Source: Euprymna scolopes (Eukaryota). Taken from it: a stretch of 64,000 nt of DNA. The stretch lies in NCBI GenBank assembly GCA_053919585.1, contig CM132787.1; one strand, 5' to 3'. The notes beneath the pieces were generated by a model. The model was given only the letters and a program-made list of their open reading frames with translations. It was not told where the DNA came from and made no database searches. The translations under genes and the position numbers were made by a program. Positions 26,740 through 38,659 of the stretch are shown here, in pieces (the first letter of the stretch is position 1; each line of letters starts with the position of its first letter).

Positions 26740-28110
26740 CCAAAAGTAATATTTTGCTTGCTTTTTATTGAGTGTAAGAATTTATTAACGATCCGGAATG
26801 TTGGACAACATAAGAACCTTTCCCAAACCTATATTCCGCAGTGATCTTAATATAGTTCTTTATTTGGGTTTATCAAGATAATGTACCGTAGCGTTCGTAT
26901 TCTCCTCAAGCCTTCTTGTTCTGACGTTGTTTGGTGAATCTCCAAATCAAATGTTTCGTAAATAAATTCACCTTCTTTGGGCGTTTTCACACCCGATTCT
27001 CATTTTCTCGCAGGAGCATCAGTTCAGCTGGATATAATAAACATGTTATGTTAGAGTGTGGTGTGATCCCCAACATCTGAAAAAAAAGCTGGGGAGCTTT
27101 CAACGTTGACGTTGTTTTGCAATTCTCAGAGCATCGACTACGTGTTCTGTGTCCTGGTTTAATCTTGAATACTACGGTCGTAATGTGTTTTTCGGTAACA
27201 TTAAACCGATAATTGAATTTGACTTGATTTGTGATATCTCGTATCAGATAATTCTCCAGCAAACAGGGTAAAAAAATTATGCACTGATTTTATCGTCACC
27301 TCTTATGGGATCCTTCACATCGAAATCCTTTTCCTATTATTACACTGTAATCGACAATACCCACATGTATGCTATAGCAAGGATCGTCCGGGCTAATTTA
27401 ATCAAATATTTTTTTATCAGACAAAAAATATGCTTTTCTCACAAAACCATTTTTTGCGCAGGTTCACTATATTCTCATTGCCCTGTTCCGTTTAAGCCCA
27501 GTAAATATTACTAAGCACACTGCATTAAATATTATTTATACCAACACGAAAATATTTCAGGATTACTTTCTCTAGAACTTTTTGAATAGTACCTTTTTAG
27601 AGACATGACTACCTCGTCATATAAGGATAAACTGTTTGAAGTCAATGTATCGACATCTGAGTTTTATTTTTATTTTCTCTTAGTTTATTAAACTGATTAT
27701 TTAGAGATGTTGATTATTTATTATGGTGCATATCACATATGCTGTACACTCGCATTTTCCCCTATCAATTTGTTGAGAATAATCTAAGGGTTCCCTATAT
27801 TTCGGAACCTGTTTGAATTAGCAGTCCGCATCATTAATTTATTTCATGTGAAATTATTCCATTTTTAAATAATAGTTTAGTAATCGTGCCCCTATTTCTG
27901 TATTTCATCTGTGTATATACTGGTGTTGTTATTTGTTAATTGAATAGAGTGAATAACGTTTCCTGGTTCGTTTGTAATGGGGAATTTCTTAGGTTATGAC
28001 GACTTGAAGTGCCACGTTTGGAATCTGGGAGCATTTCATTCTTTACAGAAAACGGTATCCTTCATTCGTGCATTTATGAGCTTATTAGATCAATCCAGGA
28101 GTTCTTTTTG
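26740..28110 (-). mobile_element. Decayed Gypsy-type pol (integrase region)
   Basis: ORF 26987-27262 ends APQLFFQMLGITPHSNITCLLYPAELMLLR, resembling the integrase C-terminal motif AL..FL..YR.TPH......SPAELM.GR. The flanks are frameshifted and their boundaries are uncertain. Confidence 0.5.
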
Positions 28111-28987
28111 ATGTTTACTCGCCTTTCATTTTGACTAGTATCGCCAGAGACTATTATTTCGACATCTATATGTATAAATCTCCAACGTCTATTAGTGTGT
28201 ATGTATGTTTGTGTGCCCGCGTAAAACTTTTGACAAACCCAACCAACATTGATAAATTTGATATCATATTAAAGCGCTTACGTACGGACGTTTTTCTGCA
28301 GGAAGCGGGGGAGCAAGAATGACATTTTGCCTATGTATTTAAGTGGTAATAACGTAATAATCTAATGATGTTTATATATAATTGAACATATCACGTGATG
28401 CGACGTCACCTCGCTTTAATGACGACTTTTAATACATACATTAACCGCCTACGAAGGGTAACTTGATACTATGAACCAAAGTTAAATATTAGTTTTAATG
28501 TCGAAAATTGGTAGAAACGTAATTAGCGCATTTCAAAACGTAGAATACCAAATTTACAGGAAAATCGAAGGAGGGAAATTAAAATTATGAGTGATTGAAT
28601 TTTTTTACCGAAGAGGAACGAGTCGCTAATCTTAAAATGTAAACATTGCATTTCTTAATCCAAAATATGACACATAGGCAAGTAGGGAGGGAAAGGGGGA
28701 AGAATGATATGAGTTAATCAGCGTTTGTTTCACAACAGACTTATACTTACACATTTTCATTTTATACGAAATTTGAGTTAATGGGTTTAGTGAAATCCCA
28801 GAGATAACCTCCCCCTTATTTTCGAGTAGATCGAAACATCCTATATTTGTAGCATTTTTACTATTATGGAATACGGGCCGTGTTAAAATAAAATAAAAAT
28901 TAAATGAATTAAACAGTATATAAGTTATTCAGCGTTAATCAGTGTTATAATTACAGATTTTAATATTTTGTGAGTGTTTAATAGAAC

Positions 28988-29735
28988 TCCCAGGCATAAC
29001 CTTCCTTATCCAAGGCATACTCTCCCCTTTTTTTCGGGTAACGTTTGTTTCTCTAAAGCTTAACATCCCCGGCATAACCTCCTCCTTATTTTCAAGTGAT
29101 GTTTTGTTTTCCACTAAATCTTGACATCGCAGGCATCACCTCCTCATTATTTTCGAGTGATGTTTGTTTCTCTAAGGATTGACATTCCAGGCATACCTTC
29201 CTCCGTATTTGGAGTAACGTTTGTTTTCTAAAGCTTAACATCTTAGGCATATCATCCTCCTTATTTTCCAGTTTCGTTTGTTTCTCTAAAGGTTGACATA
29301 TCAATCTTAACTTTCTCCTCCTTATTCTCCAGTGACGTTTTTTTTTCTCTAACGCTTGACGTTTCAGGCATAACCTCCTCCTCATTTTCGCGTGACATTT
29401 GTTTTTCTAAAGCTTGGCATCCCATGCATAAGATCCTCCTTATTTTCGAGTGGCGTTAGTTTCGCTAAAGCTTGGCATGCTAGGCATAACCTCCTCCTTA
29501 TTTTCGAATAACGTTTGTTTCTCTAGGCTGGACAACCAAGGCATCAGTCCCTCCTGATTTTTGAATGACGTTTGTTTCTCTAAAGCTTGACATCCCAGGC
29601 ATAACCTTATCCTGTATTTCGATTGACGTGTGTTTCTCTAAACCTTGCCATCCTAGGCACAACCTCATCCTTACTTTTGAGTGACATTTTTGTCTCTAAA
29701 GCTTCACATCCCAGGCCTAACCTTCTCCATATGTT
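28988..29735. repeat. ~58-bp minisatellite, ~13 diverged units
   Basis: Consensus cccaggcataacctcctccttattttcgagtgacgtttgtttctctaaagcttgacat. ggcata-like anchors at ~29071, 29132, 29190, 29246, 29367, 29483, 29540, 29598, 29656, 29714. Confidence 0.95.
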
Positions 29736-30682
29736 CTAGCAGATACCCGTTGTCATTGGATGAAATAGGTAGAAATGTGTACTACCTGAATACCCAGTGT
29801 CAGCCATGATTGAATAAAATAGGTGTATATATATATAATAGCAGAATACCCGGGGTCACCCAATATGGGATGACATAGGTTGAGATATATATTAGCAGAA
29901 TACCCATCGTTGTCTGGAATTGGGTGAGATAGGTGAAATATGTACTAGCAGAATACCGGGTGGCACCCTGGATCGGATAGATAGGTGGAAATATGTACTA
30001 GCAGAATATGCCGCATCACTCAGCATTGGATTACATAGGTGGATATAAGTACTAGCGGAGTACCTGGCCTCGTCTGGAATTGAAGGAGATAGGTTGATAT
30101 ATGTATTAGCAAAATACCTGGCATGGCGCGGGATTAGATGAATAAGGTGGCATGTTTCCTAGGAGAATACCCGGCATTGCACAGGATTGGATAGGATAGG
30201 TAAAATATATCCTAGCAGAATACCTGGCGTCAACTGTCATCGGATAATATGGGTGGATATATTAACTAACAGAATACCCAGCATTCTCCGGGATTGTATT
30301 GGATAGGGGGATATATGTTCTAGCAGAATATCCGGTGTCACCCAGGATTGTATGAGATAGGTGTATATATGTACTAACCATATTCCTTGCGTTGCCTAGG
30401 ATTGGATGAAATAGGTGGATATATGTACTAGCAGAATACACGACGTTGCCCGGAATTGGATGACATAGGTGGATATTTATAATAGCGGAATACCTGGCGT
30501 AGCTGGGATTGGATGAGATAAGTTGAAATATATTCTAGCAGAATACCAGGCGCCGCCCGGGATTAGATAAAATAGTTTGATACTTGTATGAGCAGAATAC
30601 ATGACGTTGCTCGGGATTGGCTGAGATAGGTCAATACGTGTCCTAGCAGAATACCTGGTGTTGAATGATTGAATGAGGTAGG

Positions 30683-30765
<83 letters not shown>

Positions 30766-32230
30766 ACTAGCAGAGTACCCGATGTTACCCAGGATTGAAT
30801 GACACAGGTGGATATATCTACGAGCAGAATAACCGGCGTTTCCCGAGTTTAGATGAAATAGGTGGAAATATGTGATATCAGATACCCAGCGTAACCTAGG
30901 AATGGATGAAATAGGTGGATATATGTACTTGCTGAATACCCGGAGTCGCCCGGAATTGGATGAGATATGTGGAAATATGTACAAGCAGAATACTTGGTGT
31001 CGCCTGCGTTTGGATAGGATAGGTGGAAATATATATTAACAGATTACCTGGCATTGCCCGGTATTGAATTATATAGGCGGAAATATATAAAAACAGAATA
31101 CCCGACGTCATCCTGGATTGAATGAGATAGGTGGAATTATATACTAACGGAATAACTTGCGTTGCCCAGGATTGGATAAGACAGTTGTTAATACGTACTA
31201 GCAGAATACACAGAATCGCCCTTAANNNNNNNNNNNNNNNNNNNNNNNNNNNNNNNNNNNNNNNNNNNNNNNNNNNNNNNNNNNNNNNNNNNNNNNNNNN
31301 NNNNNNNNNNNNNNNNNNNNNNNNNNNNNNNNNNNNNNNNNNNNNNNNNNNNNNNNNNNNNNNNNNNNTGCTGGAAATATATAGTAGCTTTGTACCCACC
31401 GTCGCCCGGCATTGAAAGCGCTGCTTGATATATTTACTAGCAGAATGTATCAAAGTTATAATTTTAATAAAGTGGGTCGATAATGTGGGTTTAGTAATTT
31501 TAAATGATTGTCGAATTAGTAACATATTTAGAAAATTGATGAAATGCGAGTTATTTTATTAGTGTGTTTGTTTTGAAATATCCAGTCTAGACCATGTATC
31601 AAAGTTATTATTTTAGTAAGAGGGCGAGATAATGTAAGTTTAATCGTGAAAAATATTTGTCGAAATTAGTAAAATGTCCAAGAATTATGAAATAACATGA
31701 CAGGGGAATTATTTAATTGGTGCTGTTTCAATGAAAAAAAAAAACCCAGCCCAGACAATATTTCGATCATGCGCTTTAAATCATGAAAAACGATTGTCTA
31801 ACTTAGTAACATATCTAACATACTAGTAGAATAGCTGTCGTTTCCTTGGATTTGATGAGACTGATTGAAATATATACTAACAGAATACCTAGCATCGCCC
31901 AGGATGTAATGATATTGATTGGGATATGTACTAGCCGAATACCCGGCATTTCCTGGGATTAAATGAGGTAGTCTTGAATATATACTAGCAAAATTCCCAG
32001 CATCGCTTGGGATTGAATGAGATAGGTTGGAATATATAGCAGCAGTATACCAGGCATGAATGAGATACGTGAGATAATTTACAAGCAATATCGTTGGCGT
32101 CGCCCGGAACTGAAAGACATTGATAGAAATATATATTAGAAAAATTCCTGGCGTTGCTCCGGATTGAATGAGATAGTGGAAAATATATACTAGCAGAAAA
32201 ATCAGCGTCGCTCTTTATTAAATGAGTGTG
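29736..32230 (-). repeat. ~54-bp minisatellite, 30+ diverged units, each containing a Helitron-type 3' terminus
   Basis: Plus consensus tactagcagaatacccggcgttgcccgggattggatgagataggtggaaatatg; the reverse complement contains cccgggcaacgccggg-tattctg-CTAG|T. Interrupted by (TA)n at 30686-30762, a gap, and 31445-31815. Confidence 0.93.
31443..31692. repeat. ~150-bp-period diverged duplication inside the satellite
   Basis: atgtatcaaagttat.attttA..aag...gataatgt...ttgtcgaa(a)ttagtaa occurs twice, with a partial third copy near 31793. Confidence 0.8.
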
Positions 32231-32555
32231 GCAGAATATAAAATCTATACCGTAAATTGCTAAAACAATTTTCTATCTAAAAATTACTTCCTTTTTTAAG
32301 TCGATTCCGGATATGGCTTAAACAGTTTAAGATCTCAAAATAAGACTAATACTTATATATTGTTGGTTTTCTATTAAAGTTTACTATGCCAGTTTCTTTG
32401 AGGGTGTAATCTATACCGTTTGGATTTTTTAATGATATTATCCTGGAATAATGTGATAGTTGTAGAAAGAAACAAGATTATGGCAATTTTAAACGTGCTC
32501 TTGAGTTTTCTTTTGGGGGTTTGGTTGGAAAAAGTAATGCCAGTTTTGAGGCATA

Positions 32556-32750
32556 GTACCTATGTAAAATTGTTTCATATATGTATTTAAATTACCCGTA
32601 TTGGGGTAAGTAAAATTATTTCAAGTATATGTTGTATATTACCCGTACTTGCAAAGGTAAATTTATGTCATATACATGCTGTAAATTACCTACCCTTAGT
32701 TACATACAATTGTTTCATACATGTATTACATATCCTAGGTAGGTAAAATA
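32556..32750. repeat. ~47-bp degenerate minisatellite, ~4 units
   Basis: gtaaaatt.tttca..tatg...taaattacc(cgta) recurs. Confidence 0.7.
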
Positions 32751-33532
32751 TACTTTGGCTCGAAACAGCAAATGATACATAGACATAAAAAAAAAATCTT
32801 CTCTCCTAAGAATAACAAATATATTCAAAATCAAATTCAATTTTCTCATTGTTAATACAGTCCCGCGCAACGCCGGGTAGCCCGGTTAATATAGTATATA
32901 TCTATATACGTTATAATTTATAATGCATGAGAAATATATCCAATGTAATATGTTTTAGAGTAATATGTTATGACTACTGGAATTTTGGTTTTTATTCAAG
33001 CGTCTTAATTTTAAAGTATTTTCTGTGAAACTTGTTAAGATATCTATCACTTAATCGAGAAAAGAACGACCACGTGACTGACGACCATGTTTGCCAATAA
33101 ATTCTGCCGGGCTTTGTTCTATTTCAGTTCTATTTCTATCTAAACAACGCGAATCGAATTCGCCTCTTAAAGACACCGTATATTTTAATGGAATCCACGA
33201 AGAAAGATCGATGCTTACTACCGAAACATCTGATCGTCTTCATGGTAACCATGTTACACTCCGTTCGAAAAGCGTTCTGATTAGTAACGAAAAGGATCTT
33301 CCATTAAGATTCGGCAACGTTCCTTCGCAGATTTACATTAGCTTTACTTTTCATTCCAGACGAAATTAATCTTGTCGGATAAACTGAAAACTATAGCATA
33401 TTTCTTCAGATATTTCAAAGAAAGATTCAATGCAATAATAATGAGTGCAAAGTTCGGCGATATAAGATAATATGTTAATGCATACACTTTTTCAAGTTAT
33501 GTAAATAATTTGTATTACGCGTCATAAACAAA

Positions 33533-33597
<65 letters not shown>

Positions 33598-33678
33598 TAA
33601 AACTGGTAATTAGTAAAAATCTGAACAGTGTGCAGAGCAAATATGTGTGTGTTTTTTTAATTACCGTTTTATCTGTTT

Positions 33679-33735
33679 GGTTACATATGTTCCAGATGTA
33701 GGACCATGTTTACGATCTAACAGCCTCGTCAGACC
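33679..33735 (-). ncRNA. Type I hammerhead with mutated core (GAAA to GGAA)
   Basis: ggt CTGACGA ggctgttagatc-gtaaacat-ggtcctacatct GGAA catatg TA acc. Confidence 0.7.
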
Positions 33736-34378
33736 TCAGAAAAGTTGTTGTTAGTATAATGAAGAAGTGTTTAAGAAGAAATGTGAAAAAAAGGGGCGTG
33801 GGGTGAGGTAGGAGATAATAAGGGTCAGGGAGACGGGTATTGCCAATATTGTTTTGAGTGTTAAGATACATTAGATTGTATTGTATGTGTTGGGGTAGCA
33901 GATTCAGGTAGGATTGGGTGGAGATATATGGATATAAACAGAGGGTAGACGCAGAAAGTATGGTAAAGAAAAGAAAAAGGAATGGGGTAAGAAAAGGAGG
34001 GTAGGGATTTTCAATTTTTAGGTTTTTAATTTTAACTACCATTTGCTTGTTCAGTAAGGTAAATTAAGTGGATGAGAGAGAGAGAGAGATAGGGAAGCGA
34101 GAGGGGAGAGAGGAAGTGCGAGAAAAAAAGAAAGGGAGAGGGAGAGGGGAAGGGTTAGTGTAGATGTGATGTCTTTTGACAGGTACAGGTTCATTAACAA
34201 AATTCGTTGTTGCTATACGTCGACTTGTCTATTTCAGTATACAGTGGGTTAACCCTAAAACGGAAATAGTGTCAATACCCGTCTCCCTACCCCCTTATTA
34301 CCTCCTACCTCAACCCCCACCTTTTTTTCGAATTTCTTCTGAAGAACTTTTTCCTAATACTAAAATCCACTGCTCTAA

Positions 34379-34435
34379 GGTCTGACGAGGCTGTTAGATC
34401 GTAAACATGGTCCAACATCTGAAACATATGTCACC
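34379..34435 (+). ncRNA. Type I hammerhead ribozyme with minimal palindromic stem III
   Basis: ggt CTGACGA ggctgttagatc-gtaaacat-ggtccaacatct GAAA catatg TC acc. GUC triplet, predicted cleavage after 34432. Stem I can extend through tcta/taga. Confidence 0.85.
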
Positions 34436-34464
34436 AAATAGATAAAACGGTATCAAAAAGTAAA

Positions 34465-34479
<15 letters not shown>

Positions 34480-34495
<16 letters not shown>

Positions 34496-35753
34496 GAAGT
34501 GTCTGTGTGTGTATCTGTCCGTCTGTCTGTTTGCATTTCCCTTGCTATAACTGTCAATTTTAAGTCTACAGACTCGAAATTAGATATACACGGTACGGAG
34601 ATTATGGAAAATCTTTCTCATCTGTTTTTGGCCAGAAATAAGCTGTTAAGGGGTCACATGTCAGCGATTTGACCTTTGAGAACTCTGCCAAAATCCTCCC
34701 CCAATTTTCGGTATGAACAATTGAAATTATAGATATATATTCCATGGACATGGATGTAACTGAATAACTTGATTGGAGCCCAAAACAATAAATCTTAAGG
34801 GTCATAAAGTGGTCAAAGTTAAAAAAGAAAACTTTGACCTCTATAGTCTCTACCAACTTACTCAGACAATTTCTGGTCTAAACATTTGAAATGTGACAGA
34901 AAGTGTATTCAGAAACAGGGCAAGCTTTCTGCATCGGTTGGGGTCGAAATTTTTAGTTATCAGTACATAAATGTATGTATGTATACATGTATGCATGTAT
35001 GTATGTTTGTGTGTATGTAGATATGTTTGCAAGTTTGCATAAATCTTTCAACAGAGGCGATGTATTTTCACGCTATCAGTATCGTTTTGTAGTGTGACCC
35101 CTCAGAAGACAAATACCGAAAAATTAGCTAAACACATTAATATGTTCATCTTCAACTGAGCGCTTTGCTACAGAGCGGTCGCTTTTTTCGCCGATATTTT
35201 CGAAAGCCATCCTCTCCTTTCGATTATCTATGTTTTTGATAGAAATGTATATAATACTACTTTGATAAGTATATTTTAATTTAAATAGGGATGGTATAAT
35301 AAACTTGTGGGGTCTGCGTTCGTGCCTGGCCTCCATAGGATGGAAATATGCACACACTTTAATAAATACTTTTCATACCTATCTGCGTAAGTATACTTTG
35401 ATAATAATGTTTCAGCTTGAAGAAATGTGGTATAATAAAATTATAGGGTGTTCGTTCGCGCCTGACCTCCATGGAATTGAAATATGTCACACAGTTTAAT
35501 AAGATTTGTTTAAAAATAGATCCACAGAGTATTGTGATAAGTTTTTCAGTGTGAACAGGTATGGGGTAATAAATTATGGGGTTTACCTATTTTATTTTTA
35601 CTTTCATCATATTTTGCTTTGGTTTTGATTCCACCAAATTCGAAGCTATCTCTTTACAACCCTTCATTTTCATAATCTATCATACTTTCATAAATTAGAG
35701 TCCATTTTGTTTAAGCTGTTTTGGAACCCAGTGAACGGCAGGGCCTTTTGCTA

Positions 35754-35754
<1 letters not shown>
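34480..35754 (+). mobile_element. Non-autonomous Helitron-like element with internal ~137-bp repeats
   Basis: The 5' part is homologous to 6876+ and has a GTCT microsatellite. The 3' part is homologous to 53248-53770. It ends with a degenerate hairpin plus CTAA|T and is flanked by (TA)n. Confidence 0.7.
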
Positions 35755-35813
<59 letters not shown>

Positions 35814-36226
35814 TAGCATTTAAGTCTGGAAGGGTAAAAAACAAGACTTTCTTTTCGAGGTAAACAGCCAACTAGCACCGCGTATATTTGTGTGTATCTG
35901 TATATGTGTGGGGTGGAGCGTACTCCCGTAAGCCGTGGTGAAGGCAACCTTTCTAGGAGAAGCAAATCTCTGATTTAAAAAAAAAAACACATCGGAGTCG
36001 GAGACCAGTACCCGCATTAAGATGGTCTGCAGTTTTATTTGTTGCTGGCTATGTTGCTATTTCTTGTTGCTGAATCTCAACATTTTGAACCGAGAAATAG
36101 ACTTTGCTCACGTACAAAGCTAGGACTCTGCAACATCATCTTTGTATAGATACCCCCTCAGGCATTTGCGCTTATGGACTTAAGTGTCTGAGGGCGTGGC
36201 ACTTGTCTGAAAAGACCTTTCAAATC

Positions 36227-36276
<50 letters not shown>

Positions 36277-37389
36277 TGATGGGAAGAGTCCGATAAAATC
36301 ACAACGTCTGTTCTACATTTCTGATTCTGTTATGGTTCTCGATTCCGATTTTCATAACACAAGCGCCTGAAAAATAATTGAAAAATAACTATGGCATACG
36401 AAAGTCTCGTCGCTACTATCGGATAAGTTCATGAAATAGCGTCGATTTAAGTCTGTTTAAGAAATGTTCCGATATTTGGAGCTTTACTTATCGCAAATAA
36501 TTTTAAGATATAAACTTATAACATTTATTATTTAAAAACAATTAAGAATGTGTTCACGTCAGGGTTTTTTTTTCCTTTGTATATTTTTATGAAACCAAAT
36601 ATATACATTGTGTTTTTATCTCATAGATAATTTATATGCAAAATACACATCGGGCACACCTTAAATAATAATAATAATAATACACTTTTCATGTGATACA
36701 AGCTAATTGATTATCACAATGTCATTAAGATACCGAAGAACTCTAATTAAAACCGTTAAAATTTTACTTAAACCCACCTGATTTTTTGTTGAAGTGGTGA
36801 AGAGATATTTTTGTATGAAGTTTAATTGATTTTATTTCTAACACCGAATACTTTTATTATTGGCAGACGATTTATTGATAGTTTTAGGCATATTAAGGAT
36901 TTTAAAAAAATAGAAACTTATTAATATATTTTTTTTTCAAATTAAACACGTATAAATATTTAATGACAAAATATATATTCACAACATTGACTTTATTTAA
37001 ATAGGAGAAAATCTGGTACTGTGGGGGAAGAAAGGATTCTAGCTAAGAATAATATAGTGTAAGATAGAGAATGACCAAATATCCTACCTTTCTCACACAT
37101 TTATGAACTTGTTCTTTGTTCTATTTTTTAGCAAATAAATCTATAATTCACTATAGCGTAATCGAAATATATAAAGATAACTGCAGCTTCTCTTGCCACT
37201 TTTGGATTTTAACCATGTCAATTCACAGTTAAATTCCGTTTGACGGATTGACCGTTTCTTTTTCTTGTGATGAGTTTAGGGCATAATAGATTCACTGATT
37301 TATATAAGAATAAAGTGATTAATTTTGCGCTACGGAACTGATACTGTCCCCTCGAAATGCAATTTTATAGGGGTCAACGCTTGATAGCA

Positions 37390-37960
37390 CACCTGAACGA
37401 GGTTTTTGTCAATGGTTATGGTCTTTGGTAAGGTTTCAAGTACGGACCACATCATACAACCTCACACCTTCAAAGTCGGCTTAAAAGTAATCTGTGACGT
37501 TTAGCTTTATATGCTGAAGTGTGTGATGATCTCCTGGTGCAACCGGTGTACGCTAGCAGACCCTGTGTATTTCAGCATAACTCGGCGCCGGTCTACAAGT
37601 TCAAATATACCCAGTTTTGTCTGAAGACATTGTACTCTTCTCTCGCCGGCAGGGCTTGACTACTTCGTTGAGATATACTTCGAGAATATCACCAACATTA
37701 CCTCTCACAAAACCAAAGCAAGCCTGATCGCAAACATGTACCGAGTATTTGTGGGGCTCCTGCCGGTGTTTGTGAAAAACGTATTCTCCCAGTTCCGGAC
37801 GCCTATCAGAGCGGTGATTAAGGCTGGAGGCCGTTACATTGAATAGATGTTAGCTATGCAGCATAATAAAGTTTGCTGTATTTATTTTTGTAATAAACGT
37901 TTTTTTTTAATGAATCTACAGTATTTTAATTAGGGCGACCAATTTATCCTGCCGCCCTGT
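37390..37960 (+). mobile_element. Tc1/mariner (maT/DD37D-like) transposase 3' remnant with right TIR
   Basis: VMVFGKVSSTDHIIQPHTFKVGLKV ... FQHNSAPVYK (cf. QQDSAPAH) ... LDYFV ... TSHKTKASLIA ... FRTPIRAVIKAGGRYIE*. Ends ccgccctgt (cf. CACCCTG-TA). Confidence 0.88.
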
Positions 37961-38659
37961 CGATGGTAATGCTGTGTATGAATTATGCCATATAGTAATA
38001 GTGGTAGTTATCTAAATAACTAAAATGCATGAATGCATGTAAAAAGAAAAAAAATTATAACCTGACGATATCAGCCTTTTTCTATAAGCCACATGAAAAT
38101 AATAATAAATAATATGTACACCATACATCCTGCGACATGGCTACGTGAGTATTGCACTGTTGTCTGCCGGGTGCTTGTCAAACTTCTGTGTATATTACGG
38201 TTAAGAACTTGCCAGGTGTGCAGACAAGTGATACTAATCGGTTGCTGTTTTTATTTCAGCTAGACATTTTGAACGAGTGAGGATTGTCGACTTATTTATT
38301 ACGAATTTAATTATTTTGGTAAAGTGTCATTCAGTCTACGAGGAGTAGATGACCTTTCACTGACCTCGATGCACTGGCTAGCCGTAAGAAATCGGGAGTA
38401 ATCATTGGGGCCTTATTAGTATACATAGAGGAATAATTAATAGAGACTAATCGAAAAGATTCAGGATATTACGTAACTAGGTTGGATTGGAATTGGAGTG
38501 GATGTTAAGTGTAGCAGATACAACCACAACCTACTTTTAAACGAATTGCAAGAACGGATTTTGGAAATTTAAAAGATATTTGGAGAAGTCTAACTAAATT
38601 GTACGTTTCCCTGGTAAAGTGCCAGTGTTGATATAAAAAGCGAAAAGCGGTGTTATTTC

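Larger units (their letters stand above)
28165..32889 (+). mobile_element. Non-autonomous Helitron-like element inflated by internal minisatellites
   Basis: 5' A|TCTATATGTATAAA followed by gtgtgtatgtatgtttgt. 3' hairpin cccgcgcaacgccggg (32862-32877), then TTAA|T at the CTAG position. Pairing of these two ends into one element is inferred. Confidence 0.55.
33596..34467. mobile_element. Second fold-back element: inverted hammerhead-containing repeats between two (TA)n tracts
   Basis: 33645-33865 is the diverged reverse complement of 34250-34467 (e.g. ggaccatgtttacgatctaacagcctcgtcagacct vs aggtctgacgaggctgttagatcgtaaacatggtcc; gggagacgggtattg vs caatacccgtctccc). The ~385-bp spacer is purine-rich. 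Confidence 0.88.

Noticed and set aside
29092-32088. ORFs in the satellites (29092-29385, 30643-31525, 31798-32088)
   Set aside because: These are translations of tandem repeats or gaps, with frameshifts between units.
28988-32230. CRISPR-like array
   Set aside because: Whole units are homologous with no unique spacers, there are no cas genes, and the context is eukaryotic.
35920-36020. Possible RTE 5' UTR or SINE fragment
   Set aside because: Only a vague resemblance, with no Pol III A/B boxes or associated ORF.
38150-38172. miR-92-like seed tattgcac; also miR-71-like tgaaagacat at 32111
   Set aside because: No proper precursor pairing across the seed, and the second motif lies inside a satellite.
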